DNA of 64,000 bases from Eledone cirrhosa (lineage: Eukaryota). This document shows positions 13,861 to 26,658 of this stretch, piece after piece (position 1 is the first letter of the stretch; the number at the start of each line of letters is the position of its first letter). Below the pieces are notes generated by a model. The model saw nothing but the letters and a program-made list of their open reading frames with translations, was not told the DNA's origin and did not search any database. The DNA is taken from NCBI GenBank assembly GCA_964016885.1, contig OZ024741.1, positions 377,766,001 to 377,830,000 on the forward strand, given 5' to 3'. A program made the position numbers and the translations under genes.

Positions 13861-15515
13861 TTACTTCTCGTAGAGGAAGGATGGTTTGTCCATCCTTTTC
13901 ACTGCTTGTGGCCTCCTCCGGAAGGATGTCCTCCGGGAGAGTGTTTGTCGGATGTCTCCGATGTCTAAGGGGAATTTTTGTTTTAGTGTCCTCGACGTTT
14001 TCTGTGTGATGCGAATGATTTGTATGTGTGGAGGTGGTGTGAATTTTGGGGTTGTTGTGTAGTCTTTTTCTGTGATGCTGGTGTTGTGTTGGATGTAGTG
14101 TACTAATTGGTTGTTGTTCAAATGTAATGCTGAGTAGTGTGTATCGTTTTGGTTGTTTTGTTTTGTTTGCGTTTGTTGTGGGTTTGCTTCTGTTACGCTT
14201 TTTGGTGACTTTTGTGGTGTTGGTGATGGTGGTGTTAGAGTTAATGATGGTGATGGTGTTGGTGTTTGTAGTGATGGGGTTGCTGATGCTGGTGTGGATG
14301 GTGGCATATCTGTCCTAACTTTTTTGTTTGTTAATTTATTTGTTTCCCTCTGTATTTTGATTTTGGAGGGGGAAGGAAGAGAATTTTTTTCTTTTTTGGT
14401 TTCTTTTTTTTTTTAATACCGTTTACCACTCCTCGTGGTCACGATCTGTCTCCAGTTTCAATAAGCCGGGGAGTGGAAAATCCTCCATAGGCGTTGGTTT
14501 TGGTTGTGGCGTGGTGGATGGTGTAGGCGCTGGGGCTAGTTCTGGCGCGTTGGTTGGTGGTGGTGTTGGTTTTGCTACTGTTGTTGGGGTTGTTGCTGTT
14601 AAAGTTGCTTCTGTTGTTGTTGCTACAGTTGTTGCTGCCATTTCTGCTGCTGGTGGTGTTGATGGTTGAGTCACTGGGGTGGGTAAGAGAGGTGGCCTCA
14701 ACGTTTTAGCCTGAGGGCAGAAACCCCTTAGGTGGGTTCCTTCACCACAAACGTCACTCCTAGGTCTTCTGCCCTCGGCGATTACGGTGAGGTGGCTGCC
14801 GTCAGTGAGGTCTATTACCTCTGGGATCCCCTCAATGCTTTTATGGTCCGCTTGGATCAGGAGTTCCATCCCAGATTCGGACCAGTTCTCCTGCTTTTCT
14901 TTTTCTAGTTCTATTATTTTGGTGTTGGCCTCCATGCCGGCGAGCGTGGACGGCAGCCATTAACCAGGGTATTACGATGACCGGTGGAACGTGGGTCACC
15001 CTGATCTTTACAAGTCTCTGACCACAATAGCTTGGGATGAGTGTGAAGTCGTCACTTCTTAATGGGGCCATGGAGTGTTCGCTGGCCTCCTGTGGTGTTT
15101 CAAACAACACGTCCACGGTTCCATACTTCTGCTCACGTCTGATGTGGGGTTTTGTTTGCCCACACATGTCCCAAAGCTTTTTGGATTTGGGACTCAGATG
15201 CCCGTTCCACACGGCGCGATTTTATGTTTATTGTCCGATAAGACACGGTGCATAGGCGACGTTGCCCATTTTATTAGGTGTGGGGTGTAGGGGGCTGCCT
15301 CTGTACCCATCTTTCTTTACCAATCATTTGGCTACTTCTAATTCCTCCTGAGTTACCTGGATCGCTTCGCACGTTTTTGCTACTCTGGCAAAACTCAGGG
15401 TAGTTTTCTTAATTTTATTGTTGCTGTCGTTTTTATCGTTATTTTTGCTATTGTTAATTTTAGTTTCAGTTGTGGTGGTGGTGGCGTCAGTGGTGTTCGG
15501 TGTGGAAGAGTTCAT
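13861..15515 (-). pseudogene. Tx1-like ORF1 (gag-like, zinc knuckle, Pro/Thr-rich tail), disrupted
   Basis: LSFARVAK N-terminal motif, degenerate knuckle PRSDVCGEGTHLRGFCP, low-complexity P/T region; the homologous knuckle in copy 2 reads PKCYLCGQDGHLRAFFP. Confidence 0.7.
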
Positions 15516-16032
15516 TTTGGTTGAATTGATTTCGATATCACGAGTTAATTTATTTTTTTCTTTTGTTTCGCTGTGGTGGTTGTTGCGGTTGTGGTGGTGG
15601 TGGCGGCTTTAACACGTGCAGTCATTGGTAATGGCGGGAAATGAACGTCTGATGAGACAAATTTAAAATATTGGTACTGCTTACATTTCCAGTATTGGCA
15701 AACGTAACAATATTTACAATGGTGGTGTCGGTGTGAGGTGTTAGAGTGTGAGGAAGGAGTTACTCTGAGACATCCATGATTTTTCAAATAAACATTTTTG
15801 TTTGATAATTATAAAAAGTTTAAATTTTGGGCTCAAGGCGCCATTATTTTTGAGTGTCCTTTTCAGAAATCAATGTATGTGCACTTATATACAGTTAACA
15901 ATAAACATTTTCCATAAATGGCAATTTTAAACTACTGAAAATAACAAACCTTTGCGGAGCTCACGATGATACGATTTACTACGTAGGTCGCCAATACTAA
16001 TAATAATAATAATAAGAAGAAGAAGAAGAAGA

Positions 16033-18225
16033 AGATATACCATTATGGCTAGTTAACGGCATTACATTCCTGCTTCCGAAGAATGATGAGACAAACAATC
16101 CCAAAAATTACAGACCAATAACTTGCTTGACCACAATGTATAACATTTTAACATCAGTCCTAACTGAATACACATATGACCACCTGATAACAAATGACCT
16201 ATTTCACAATGAGCAGAAAGTGTGAAAACGGGGCTCATATGGCTGTAAGGATCAGCTTTTGGTAAACAAATTGATAGTGGAAGATTGTCATAATAGACAC
16301 AAAAATCTATCAGTTGCTTGGATAGATTACAAAAAAGCATTCGATAGTTTGCCACACAGTTGGATTGAAAAATGTTTAGAGATTTTCAAAGTATCTCCCG
16401 TTCTCAGGAGGTTTTTGTCGCTCAGTATGAAGACATGGAAAACAACACTCCGTTTGAATAGTGAAACAAAATCACTGGAAGCTGGAGAAGTTAATATTAA
16501 TTGTGCAATTTTTCAGGGTAACCCTTATCACCGCTTTTATTCTGCATCGCACTTATACCATTAAGTAAAATGCTCAATGAAACACAACATGGATATAAAG
16601 TCTATGACAAAGCCATTAATCACTTGTTCTACATGAATGACATGAAACTATTTGCAAAAAATGATGAACAATTGCAAGGGCTATTATCCACTGTGGAGAA
16701 GTTCAATGATGACATTAAAATGGAGTTTGGACTAGATAAATGCGCCAAAGCAACGTTCACCAGAGGAAAGCTGCTGAAAATTCAGACATTAATCTTGATC
16801 GGGGGGATGTGAGAAGAGAACTTGACCAAGAGGAAACTTGATACAAATATGTAGGTATTCTGGATACAAATATCTAGATGTTCTGGAGGCAGATGACATC
16901 AGGAACAAAAAAAAATGACGGAATTAATAATATTTGAGTAAATTTGTAGAGTAAGGAGCGTATTAAAATCACATCTAAATAGTAGGAATGTCATAAGTGC
17001 AGTGAATTACGGGGTCTATAAAATAAAGTACCAGTAATGCACTGTGTATTTGCTGGCCTTGTGCCTAAAGTAGAAACAATTATTAGGTACAGTGCGGGAA
17101 ATCTAAAATGGAATGTTGCTGAACAAAAATAAATTAATAGGAAGACTAGGAAGCTATTGACTCTCTACCACATGTTCCACAAGAGGAGTGATGTCGATAG
17201 ACTCAACTTAAGGAGATCTGAAGGTGGTAGAGGTCTTATCAGCATAGAGGACTGTGTTCAGATGGAGAAAAACGACCTGCACAGATACGTGACTGAGAGT
17301 AGGGAGCCAATGCTCAAAATTGTACTGAAGGAGCAGACAATAGATCAGGGGATGTCCAAGGAGGAAATAACAACAATGAGAAAGAGCAGCCTTCATTAAA
17401 AATCCCTTCATAGTACCTTCTTTAAGAAAACTGAATTTAGAGATCCACAGACATAGAACTGTTTGAAAAGAGGAGACCTTAAAAAGGCTACAGAAGGAAT
17501 TCTAATGGCTGCGCAAGAGAAGGCACTCAGGACGCAGTGGGTGAAACACCATATTTACAAGGAGGAGGCTAGCCTACTGTGCAGGATCTGTGGAGAGACA
17601 AGAGACCGTGGCTCACATTGTATCCAAGTGTAAACACCTAGCCCAGACTCACTATAAAGGCTGAAGACATGATGTGATAGGCAGGGTGATACACTGGCAT
17701 CTATGCAAAGTAAACAATTTACTACATTCTGAGAAGTGGTATGAGCATAAGCCAGAGTCGGTGATAGAAAACGATCAGGTGAAGGTGCTATGGGATTTTA
17801 GGATACAGCCGGACAAGAAATTAGAACACAATAGACCTGACATTGTGGTTTTGGACAAGGAAAAAAGATCGTGCGTGACTGTTGATGAAACTTGCACATT
17901 TGACACGAGAGTGCAAGAAAAGGAGAGGGAGAAAATTAACCGTTACCAGGACTTAAAATGGGGGGCTAAAAAGGATTTGGAACAGCCATGAGGTCAAGGT
18001 CGTCCTGATTGTCATAGGCGCACTCGGTACTATCTGAAAGAATTTCCAAGTATGGTTAAATAAGATTAGTCCAGCCCCGCTTTTAGGAACACTTCAGAAC
18101 GCATGCTGCCGGGAACAGCAAGACCCTTCAATACGTCCTTAATAGCTAAGGTTCAGGTAGCGGCTTCATATTCATTTCAACAAACTTTCCATTTAAATAA
18201 CATCAATGACTGAGACACAAAGCGC

Positions 18226-18273
<48 letters not shown>
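16033..18273 (+). mobile_element. Chimeric R4/Dong-like copy: family A RT (16033-16839) joined to family B 3' half (16840-18273)
   Basis: 16033-16839 aligns to 1381-2188; from ~16862 it aligns to 8891-10195; preceded by (AAT)n(AAG)n and ends in (AAT)n 18226-18273. Confidence 0.88.
17007..17083 (+). mobile_element. 5'-truncated SINE inserted in the family B ORF
   Basis: ttacggggtctataaaataaagtaccagtaatgcactg...ggccttgtgcctaaagtagaaacaattatt matches 57957-58031. Confidence 0.85.
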
Positions 18274-18274
<1 letters not shown>

Positions 18275-21200
18275 GTTTCTTTATTGGCCACAAAGGCTAA
18301 CATGAAGAAAAACATTACAGACGGCACAGAAAAGTACAGGACGATATAAAGTGGGTTTTGGCCGTGTAAACAGGTTATAACAAGAAATCGGGATAGAAAT
18401 AAAAAAAAATTCAAATAACAAAAATTCCCCCAAAAGGAGGAATTCTCCGAGGGACGCTCGTGGCGAAAGCCACACAAAGGACCACGGCCACCCTGACCAC
18501 CAAGTCAAGTGCCATCTCTTAGTGTTATACTCCTCAGTCTACAGGCGCATACTCTGCGAGGCGCCGTTCACTCGGACCAGACTCGCCACATTCACCCACC
18601 TTTCAACAAACTTGCCTCTCCACCCTGATTTTTCTCTTGAAGCGAAACTTGAAAAAATTAATCAGGTATTGGCCGGAGAGGAAATTTTCCGTCTTCAACC
18701 TTTTGAACCATGCCCACCACACAATCTCTTTCGCGATGGCCACCAGGCAGATAAAAACTGCCTGCCCTTCCTCCTCTTTAAAGGAGTATAGCGGCGCTAT
18801 CCGCACAATGGGCACAGTCGATAACCGGATCAGTTCTACACGCGACAGCAGCTGTTCGACATAGTTCCACAAGTCAGTATTCCTCCGGCACTGAACGAGT
18901 GCGTGCAGGACTGTTTCGTCGCTCTGCGCGCATTTCGTACAGGCTCGGCTGACAACACCTCCGTGCCTGTAGAGCTTATCCCGAACCGGCAATGCTACCC
19001 GGTAGTACTGCCAGGCCTGGGGTTTCTGGAAATTGTCCAAAGGCCCTGGTTTGAAAGTTTTCCTGCAGAGAGCGAACAGCTGATCGTCTTCGACGCCCAG
19101 GGTCTCCCCAAGTACGTCGTCGTCTATCCCCCGGAAATACCTCAATAGAACGCCGAGGTTGATGTTCCAGCGATACTAGTGCCCAGCTGTTAGAGGGCGG
19201 TGAGCGCTTGGAGACATTCCAGCTTCCAAGCGCTATCCCTCGGTCTTTTTCCTGATCCGGGACTGCACCTCTTTCAAGGAGACGAGCTGGGGAAAAGCGC
19301 GTCTGGCAATTGGCGACCATCTCAGGAAGCACCAGAGATGTCGCAGCCTCAGCGCATGATTGTGCATCATCAGCCACGGCATGGCTCGTCCTCCACGCAA
19401 CGTGTGTTGACAGCAAATGGATCGGCTGACCATGGGTACATGTCCTTGCCACAAAAAGCGGAAGATAAGGCGGTCGAATTTGGTCAGAGTTGGGCAGGGG
19501 CAATGTACGACGGTGAGGCGGTAGCAGATGACGGAGGTGATGTACACATTCGCCACCTCCTTCCGACCTTTCATGGACAACCTCTTCTCGGCCCCCTTCT
19601 GGGTGAGAGAGGCCACTCTGCTCGTCACTTCGGTCAGGTTTTTCTCCATCTGGGGGTCCGGACAGAACCAGACCCCGAGCAATTTAACCAGTCCTTTCCG
19701 TCTAGCGCCCCACAACGCTGTCGGACGGCATGTGCTTGCAACTCCAGGTGCCGAGTTGCAACCCACCGACTTTTTCTGGTTTATCTTTGTTCCTGTCATC
19801 GCTTCGTATTCCTTGAGAGCGGTGCCGAGCATCTGGACGTGTTTGGTGCTCGACACCACTACGGTGACGTCGTCGGCGATCCAGCCCCTGTAAACGGGAC
19901 CGTAGCCGGCCGTCTCGAGGACCGCAGCCAGGTATCGATGGTCGACCCTATCAAATGCTTTAGATTGATCCAAGTTGATGAGGGCCCCACCCGTGCCAGG
20001 TTCCTTAACCACCCTCTCTATGATGTATCGCATGAGATGAAGGTTGTCCTGGATGGATCTGTCCGGAATGGCGCATGTCTGCGCCTCTCCTATTAGATCA
20101 CTGACGACAAGCGCCAATCTCATACTAACACATTGGCCAAAATCTTAAATTCTGCGATTAGGAGAATTATGGGCCAGAAGTTGTCTATAACGTCCCCCTT
20201 TTTCGGATCCTATCTCAGCAGAGCCACCGCTCCCCGACTCACCAAACTGGGAATGTTCACGTTCTACTGCCAGTTGCAGTAGACATCTGCCAAGAGGTGG
20301 CCAAACAAGCCTGGCATGAAGCTCGTAGGGCAAACCATCCAGACCTGCCGATTTATCTCTCGTGCAGTCAGACACCGCTTCCCGTATTTCACCTGCTGTT
20401 ATCGGATTTTCGCAGCACTGCGCTGTGGTCGGTGAGAGCCGCGGCAATCCGTAGAGGTACGCACCGAAGTCCATTCCCCTATCCGGCCCACCATCGCTCC
20501 AGAAAAATTGAGCAATGTACTATTGAAAAGCCACACACATCTCCTCTGGTTCGAGCAGCATGCGCCCGTTTTCATCAGACAAAGACCGAATTGTGGGCTA
20601 ATTGCCATGTCACGCCCTCACCACCGGGCCCATTGAACGGCTTTCATATCCTCGTGTCTTAGAGCACGCGCTCTAGCTCTGACAAGGCAGCCTTCATGTT
20701 TGCGTTGAAGAATTGGTCGAGTGCCAATCTCGCCGCAAGCAGTCTGAGCATGCTGTTGAGGGTTTTAGACCTTCCTGCTCTGTCTACTAGCGCCACATAA
20801 TCCTAGCGTGCATCTAAGATACCATTCCAGTCGCCCATTAACACTAAAGAGCGGGGCGTTCCAAGAAAGGTCTCTAGACGTCTGAAGAAATCTGGCCGTC
20901 CTGCACATATTGAGGGGTAGACGGCTACTAGCCTGAAACCATTGCCTTCGCTGCCGGTCACGTCCAGCAACACCGACTTGCATTATGGGTCCAGGAAGAT
21001 GGCCTGTATGGCGAGATCCAAGCCTCTCCGAAAAAGCACATCAACTCCCCCCCCCCGCTCCTGGACGGCTGGGAGATGCGTATAAATTGTAGCCGCCGGC
21101 GATCGGTGCGAAGGCTCGTGCTTCGAAGATTCTGGTCTCGCCGATGGCCACCACATCGATGTTTAGTGACATGAGATCGTTAAGCAGGTGGCCCTGCTTC

Positions 21201-23220
21201 CAAGATTACCGAGGCCACGTCCATTTACACTGTCTATTCTAAGTAAGTCCATGTTGGGTGAGAAGTGGAGTAAGTGAAAAAGGATCACCTACCCTGATCG
21301 TGTAGGAGAGGAACAGTCTAATCGTCCCTTTGGCTGGTCATGGGTGTTTCCAAGATGATGTCGGTGTATATCCTCTTGGTAACCAGCCCTCCGAAGTCTC
21401 CATCTACATTGGGGAATTTTTCTTTTAAAAGTTTATAATGTTCTATTTTGATGTCAGTAATCTTTATATTATTTGGGACAGTTCTTGGTGTTGGTGGGGT
21501 GTAGTAATTTATGTCTGTGATGTCTGTGTGCTGCTTTATATGTTGTAAGAGTTCTTTATTTGCTATGTTTATGGATGTGTACTTTTTAGGGGGAGGGATC
21601 ATTTTGTTGTTGCTGTTGGGTGGGTGTGCTTTTGGGTGATGCTGGTGGTGGTGTGGTTGTTATTGGTGGTGATGATTCTGGTGGTGATGGTGGTGGTATT
21701 GCTGCAAGTCTCCTTGCAGCCTTTACCCCTCTTTGTTTGCCTTCGCTTTTGGAGGGAGTAGCTAAGGATTTTGTTCTTGGTCGTTTTTTGTGGCAGAGCG
21801 TTTGCTACTTCCCTCCCGCCTCATAATCCAAGTCGGATTCTATGGCGTCTAGGAGGGGTATGAGCTCCACTGCTGTTGTTGGTTGTAGTCTAGCCCGCTT
21901 GGGCGATTTTGACGCCGGTGTAGATACTGCGACTGTTGGCGTTGCCGCAACTGCTGCCGCTGTTTTAGTTGTCCGTGGCCTTAGTATGGGTGCCACGGAC
22001 GTTGCCCTCCTACTCACCATGGAAGTGTCTTCTACCTCCGTTGCCTGCCATGCTCTTGTTAGCAGCAGATCAGGCGTCGAAAGGAGAGGATCCCTCTTCT
22101 AGGCTGTCCCCTGTGGGAAGAAGGCCCTGAGGTGACCATCCTGCCCACAGAGATAGCACTTTGGACGCCTTCCTTCCAGGCTTATAGGGAGTTGGATTCC
22201 TTCCTCGAGGTCCATGATCTCCGGGATGGCCTCGAAATCACTCGTGGTTAGTTTGTATTAGCATTTGCATGCCTATTCCTGACAAGTTCTCTCTTTTCCA
22301 TTCTCTGTATTTGTAGTGTGGTGGTCTTCTCCTCGATTCCAGCAAGTGCAGATGCGCCCAGCCGGGCACGACGGTCGGTACCTGGGTCACTTTGACCCTC
22401 ACAACTTTCTGCCAGCAGTAGGAGGGCACCAAGAGTATCTCCTCACACCTTAGGGTTTCCAATGAGTGAGGCTTCGCCTCTTGTTGGTGGCGAAAAGTAC
22501 GTATGCTGAGGCGTACTTTTTGCCTCGGGTGATGTGGATTTTGCGCGCCCAGACGAACCCCAAGGCCTTTTGGATTTGAGCCTCCGTGTCTCTCTTCACT
22601 CGATGTGACATTTTGATTACGGTGCGGTAAGTCACCGTGCGCAGCTGCTGGTCTTTGAAGAAATTGGGGTGGAGGTTTCATGGAAACTCTAATATCATGT
22701 CTAGACCTCTATGACTAATACTGTCTCTATATTTCGCGCCACACCTGCGAAAGTAGTGGCCCCTTTTTCAGCGACACCATTATTGCGCCGATACTGCTGT
22801 TACTGGTCTTGTTGTTGGTGCTGTTCCAGTTGCTACTGCTACAAACGGTGTTATTGGTGTTGTTGCTGTTATCACTGTTGTAGTTGGTCGTGTTTTGGGG
22901 CCCACCGTTGTTGTTGTTTTCGGTGCAATTTGTATTGTTGCTGTTGGTGTTGTCGTTATTTATTTTCTTGTTAGTGGTGTTAATATCGTTGTTGCATTTG
23001 TTGTCATTTTTTCTGTTGTCAGTATTTTGGCTATCGCTGTTACTGTTATAGTTGGTGTGGTATTTCTTTTTTAAATTAGTGTTGTTGTGGTGTTGTCTTT
23101 GTTCACGGTGTTTGTCGTGGTATTTGTTGTATCAATTTCTGTAACCCTTCTCTCAAATTTTACGCCGTTGTTACACGGCATCAGATATATTGCTGGAGGG
23201 CGTGGCTCAGCGATGTTTTA
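18274..23220 (-). mobile_element. Tx1/L1-clade retrotransposon, copy 2 (different subfamily, internal deletions)
   Basis: ORF2 ATG at 21252; LDQSKAFDRVDH, ADDVTV, CTKCAQSDETVLHALVQC; ORF1 knuckle at ~22120-22170; 3' end gcctttgtggccaataaagaaact followed by (ATT)n; 5' boundary approximate. Confidence 0.86.
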
Positions 23221-23286
23221 CTTGTTTAATTTTTAAAAGTAAAATGTTCAAATATTCTTAAAATCACCTACGAATATAGTACCAAA

Positions 23287-24933
23287 GTAGTTAACTTCCT
23301 AGATGCCACCTTCAACCTCAACACTCAAATTATCACAACCCTTCACAAAAACAATGAGAACCTCACCTACATCCACAATAGCTCTAACCACACACTATCT
23401 ATTATAAGGTCCGTGCCACATAGTATATCACTTAGAACATCCCGTCTCTCATCTAACCAACAAATATTCGATCAACACGCTGAATACTACAACACTGCAT
23501 TAGAACGGGCTGGCCACACCGACAAACTAGAATACATGGACCCACACAACCATAAAACACATAACCACAGACGCGCCAAACGCCCCACAAACACCCGCAC
23601 ACACGCACCTAGACCCCCTAATACTAACCACACCACAAATACAACAGCAACATCAAAGCAAAACAGAACACGGAGTAGATCTTACATTTGGTATAATCCT
23701 ATTTTTAACTCTTCTATTAGCTCTAACTTACCTTCCACATTCTACAAAATTATAAAAAAACACTTTCCAAATTCACATAAATATAGTAGTATACTTAATA
23801 CCAAAACAATTAGACTATCTTATTCCACTGCACCAAACATAGACGCACACATTAAGATGCTCAACGCCAACAAACTCCGTAACAACAACACCCCAATCAC
23901 TCAACACAATAATACACCTAATACACAACCACCCACTAACAGTCAGTATGCACAAAACACACTCACACACACATCCCAGCCTACCTATAACTCCACATCT
24001 GCCCATAACAGAAATTGTAATTGCCACCTTCCAGAGACTTGTCCATTGAATAACGAATGTTTGCATTCAAACCTAGTGTACAGGTGTTCGGTTGAGTCGG
24101 GCAACCAAACCTGGCACTACTAGGCAGCACTGCAAACACCTTCAAAACTCGTTGGTACACGCATCGTTACGCAATAAAGCACCACCAACACCGTTACGTA
24201 ACGACTCTCGCCGACAAAATTTGGCATTTAAAAGGGAGTAACCGACAATACACCCTTAAATGGACCAAACTCTCACATGCTCTTCCATACCGGAGTGGGA
24301 TGAAAACGTGCCCGTTGTGTAATAATGAGCTCTTCCATATCCTAAGCTCAAGCCACCAACTACTCAACAACAAAATTGAAAGGTCAATTTTTTGCCAGCG
24401 TAAACTGAAAGCGAAATTCTCACACTTCAAACCTTCAACCAAATCTTAACCCTACCTAACTTTCTACCCTAAATAACAATTCTACACCCCTAAAAATAGA
24501 CTATATATGAAATGTAATACTTTCTTCCATCATCTGTTCTCTGGTAAGACTTTCGCCTGTCCAGTTCCAAATGCCTCTTAAAATTATATCTTCCTTCTCT
24601 CTCCCTCTACTTATCACAACTTTTAGCACACAACCCTCCTCCCCCTCCCTATACAAATCCTCTCACACCACACTATCTCTTTCTCTTTCTCTCCCTACCT
24701 CCATCCCTTTTCTCTCTCTCTCTCCTTCTCTTTTGCCCCCTCTCTCTCTGTTCCTCTATCTTACACTACTACCCCTTATTTCATTTCCTAAGGTCATTCC
24801 AACTTTGTATTTTGAAAATTCGGATGCTACAGTATCTTTCTTGATTGCCTATTATAACATAGTGTAGCAATAATGGACTGAAATTCTGATGAAACAATTG
24901 TTAATACGTGGATTAAATTATTTTGTAACTGTT
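23287..24933 (+). mobile_element. Penelope-like element family P1, 5'-truncated (RT thumb, GIY-YIG endonuclease, 3' UTR with HHR)
   Basis: VNFLDATFNL, YIHNSSNH, IWYNP, LSYSTAPN, CNC..CPL..CL..NLVYRC, WHY*GSTANTFKTRW, CPLCNNE; ends at (TA)n. Confidence 0.88.
24806..24908 (+). ncRNA. Type I hammerhead ribozyme motif, U3-A8 variant core, long stem II
   Basis: Stem I tgtatt/aatacg; core TTGAAAA (24812-24818); stem II tcgga/tctga enclosing ~60 nt; GAAA 24891-24894; palindromic stem III A-CAATTG-T; U17. Confidence 0.6.
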
Positions 24934-24934
24934 A

Positions 24935-25012
<78 letters not shown>

Positions 25013-25094
25013 ATATATATATATAACATAATTAAGTCAAATTATTAAGTAAAATAAGTAAAATTTGGCTTCGTTTATTATAAATTATAAATAT

Positions 25095-25149
25095 AGTGCT
25101 ATATATATTTCGATGACAGCCATCATTGGCTGTGACGTCTTCAGGCAGT
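25095..25149 (-). ncRNA. Type I hammerhead motif (P2 family); the mirror copy at 26208-26262 has GAAA mutated to GAAT
   Basis: rc: actgc CTGAAGA cgtcacagcca atga tggctgtcatc GAAA tatata TA gcact. Confidence 0.7.
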
Positions 25150-26326
25150 CCGAATTGGTATGGTAGAGACAGATACACATGTTGTTTAAGTGTGTTTTAC
25201 TCCCTCAATACTCTGATATGTCCAGCTTCTGGTTGCGTTGTTATTTCTGTGAGGAATTGGAATAATATGAATTAGAAGAAACGAATTCCGGATTCATTGG
25301 ACACTCTCTCATCCTATTCGTCAGTTGTCAGAACATTACTCAGTCAAAAGTCTATAGAAATTTTTTCTGAGACAAGACAATATGTTGTAGTTGTTTTTGT
25401 TTAAGTACAGCTGACCTCCTCCATTGTGTTGGTAGTTGTAGTGGTGTTAAGGGGCCAGCTGGTAGGTCAGCTTTAGTTTGCTGCTGCTATGTTCAGAGGA
25501 ATTTGTGTGTGTGGGTTGGCATCAATCCTGCCACCATTTCACGTGGTGGCGGGTGCCAAACAAATAAAGAAAATAAAATGCGTGTGTGTTATAACCAATA
25601 TCAAAATTTGAAAGATTTGGAAAGTATTGACTAAAGTAGAAAACCTGTGTGTCAGAATCGAGAAGCTAAAGAATTAGAATTCTTACACTATCATCGGGTG
25701 GTGCGTTTTAAGAGCAAATGAGACAAATCTGGAGTGCATAACACCAAAACCTGAGTGTCAAAATCCGGAAATGCAAAGGACTACATATATTTTTGATTTG
25801 TTTGGCACCCTCCCACCACATGAAATGGTGGAAGGATAGATGCCAACCCCTACACACAAATTCTTCTGAACATAGCAGCAACAAACCAAAGCTGACCTGC
25901 CAGCTTACCCCTTAACACCACTACCACTACCAACACAATGGAGGAGGTCAGCTGTACTTAAACAAAAACAACTACAACAGATTGTCTTGCCTCAGAAACA
26001 TTTTAAAAGACTTTTGATTGAAGAATGTTCTCACAACTGACCAATGGGATGAGTGTCCTATAACGCCGAAATTCGTTTGTTCTAATTCATATGATTCCAG
26101 TTCCTCAAAAAACTAACAACACAACCAGGAGCTGGACATATCGGAGTATTGACGGAGTAAAACACACTTAAACAACGTGTTTACCTGTCTCTACCACACC
26201 AAATCGGACTGTCTGAAGACGTCCCAGCCAATGATGGCTGTCACCGAATTATATATAGCAATATATGTATAATTTATAATAAACGAACCCAAATTTTACC
26301 TATTTGACTTTATTATTTTACATTAC

Positions 26327-26513
26327 ATGCACTGGATTGGCAGTATCGGTAGAGGCTCGGACGCCATTCTTTGCAGCATAGAGTTACGGCCCTTGCCGTT
26401 CTGAGTTCAAATATCGCCGAGGTTAAATTTGCCTTTCATCCTTACGGGCTCGATAAAATAAAGTACCAGTAATGTGCTGAGTATTTGCTGGCCTTGTGCC
26501 AAAACTAGAAACA
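26327..26513 (+). mobile_element. tRNA-derived SINE (octopus-type), full length, 15-bp target-site duplication
   Basis: A-box-like tggcagtatcgg, B-box-like gagttcaaat, body gccgaggtt..tttgcctttcatcc..gataaaataaagtaccag; attattttacattac is repeated at 26312-26326 and 26514-26528. Confidence 0.88.
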
Positions 26514-26614
26514 ATTATTTTACATTACTCCGGAGTAAAGAAACCAACGTGCGTACTTCGTCGAGTGCTCCAATCTGCATACTGAGGTATCGGTAAACAA
26601 CCAACATATACTCA

Positions 26615-26654
<40 letters not shown>

Positions 26655-26658
<4 letters not shown>

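Larger units (their letters stand above)
10241..15625 (-). mobile_element. Tx1/L1-clade non-LTR retrotransposon, copy 1 (ORF1 + APE-RT ORF2), degenerate
   Basis: APE motifs (AISET, VAVYAP, VGDWN, YLDRV, TDH), KSPGLDGLP, NFRPITLLN, LYVLTLEPLL, YVEDVT, C-terminal CPRC..ETVLHALVQC; 3' end ccttgtggttaataaagaaa followed by (ATT)n; 5' boundary approximate. Confidence 0.88.
25030..26615. mobile_element. Non-coding fold-back copy of PLE family P2 (arms ~25030-25575 and ~25790-26320, HHR in each arm)
   Basis: The arms are reverse complements of each other and are homologous to 37272-39690, which retains a GIY-YIG C-terminus; flanked by (TA)n. Confidence 0.8.

Noticed and set aside
19200-20096. 298-aa plus-strand ORF
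   Set aside because: Antisense shadow of the GC-rich Tx1 RT region
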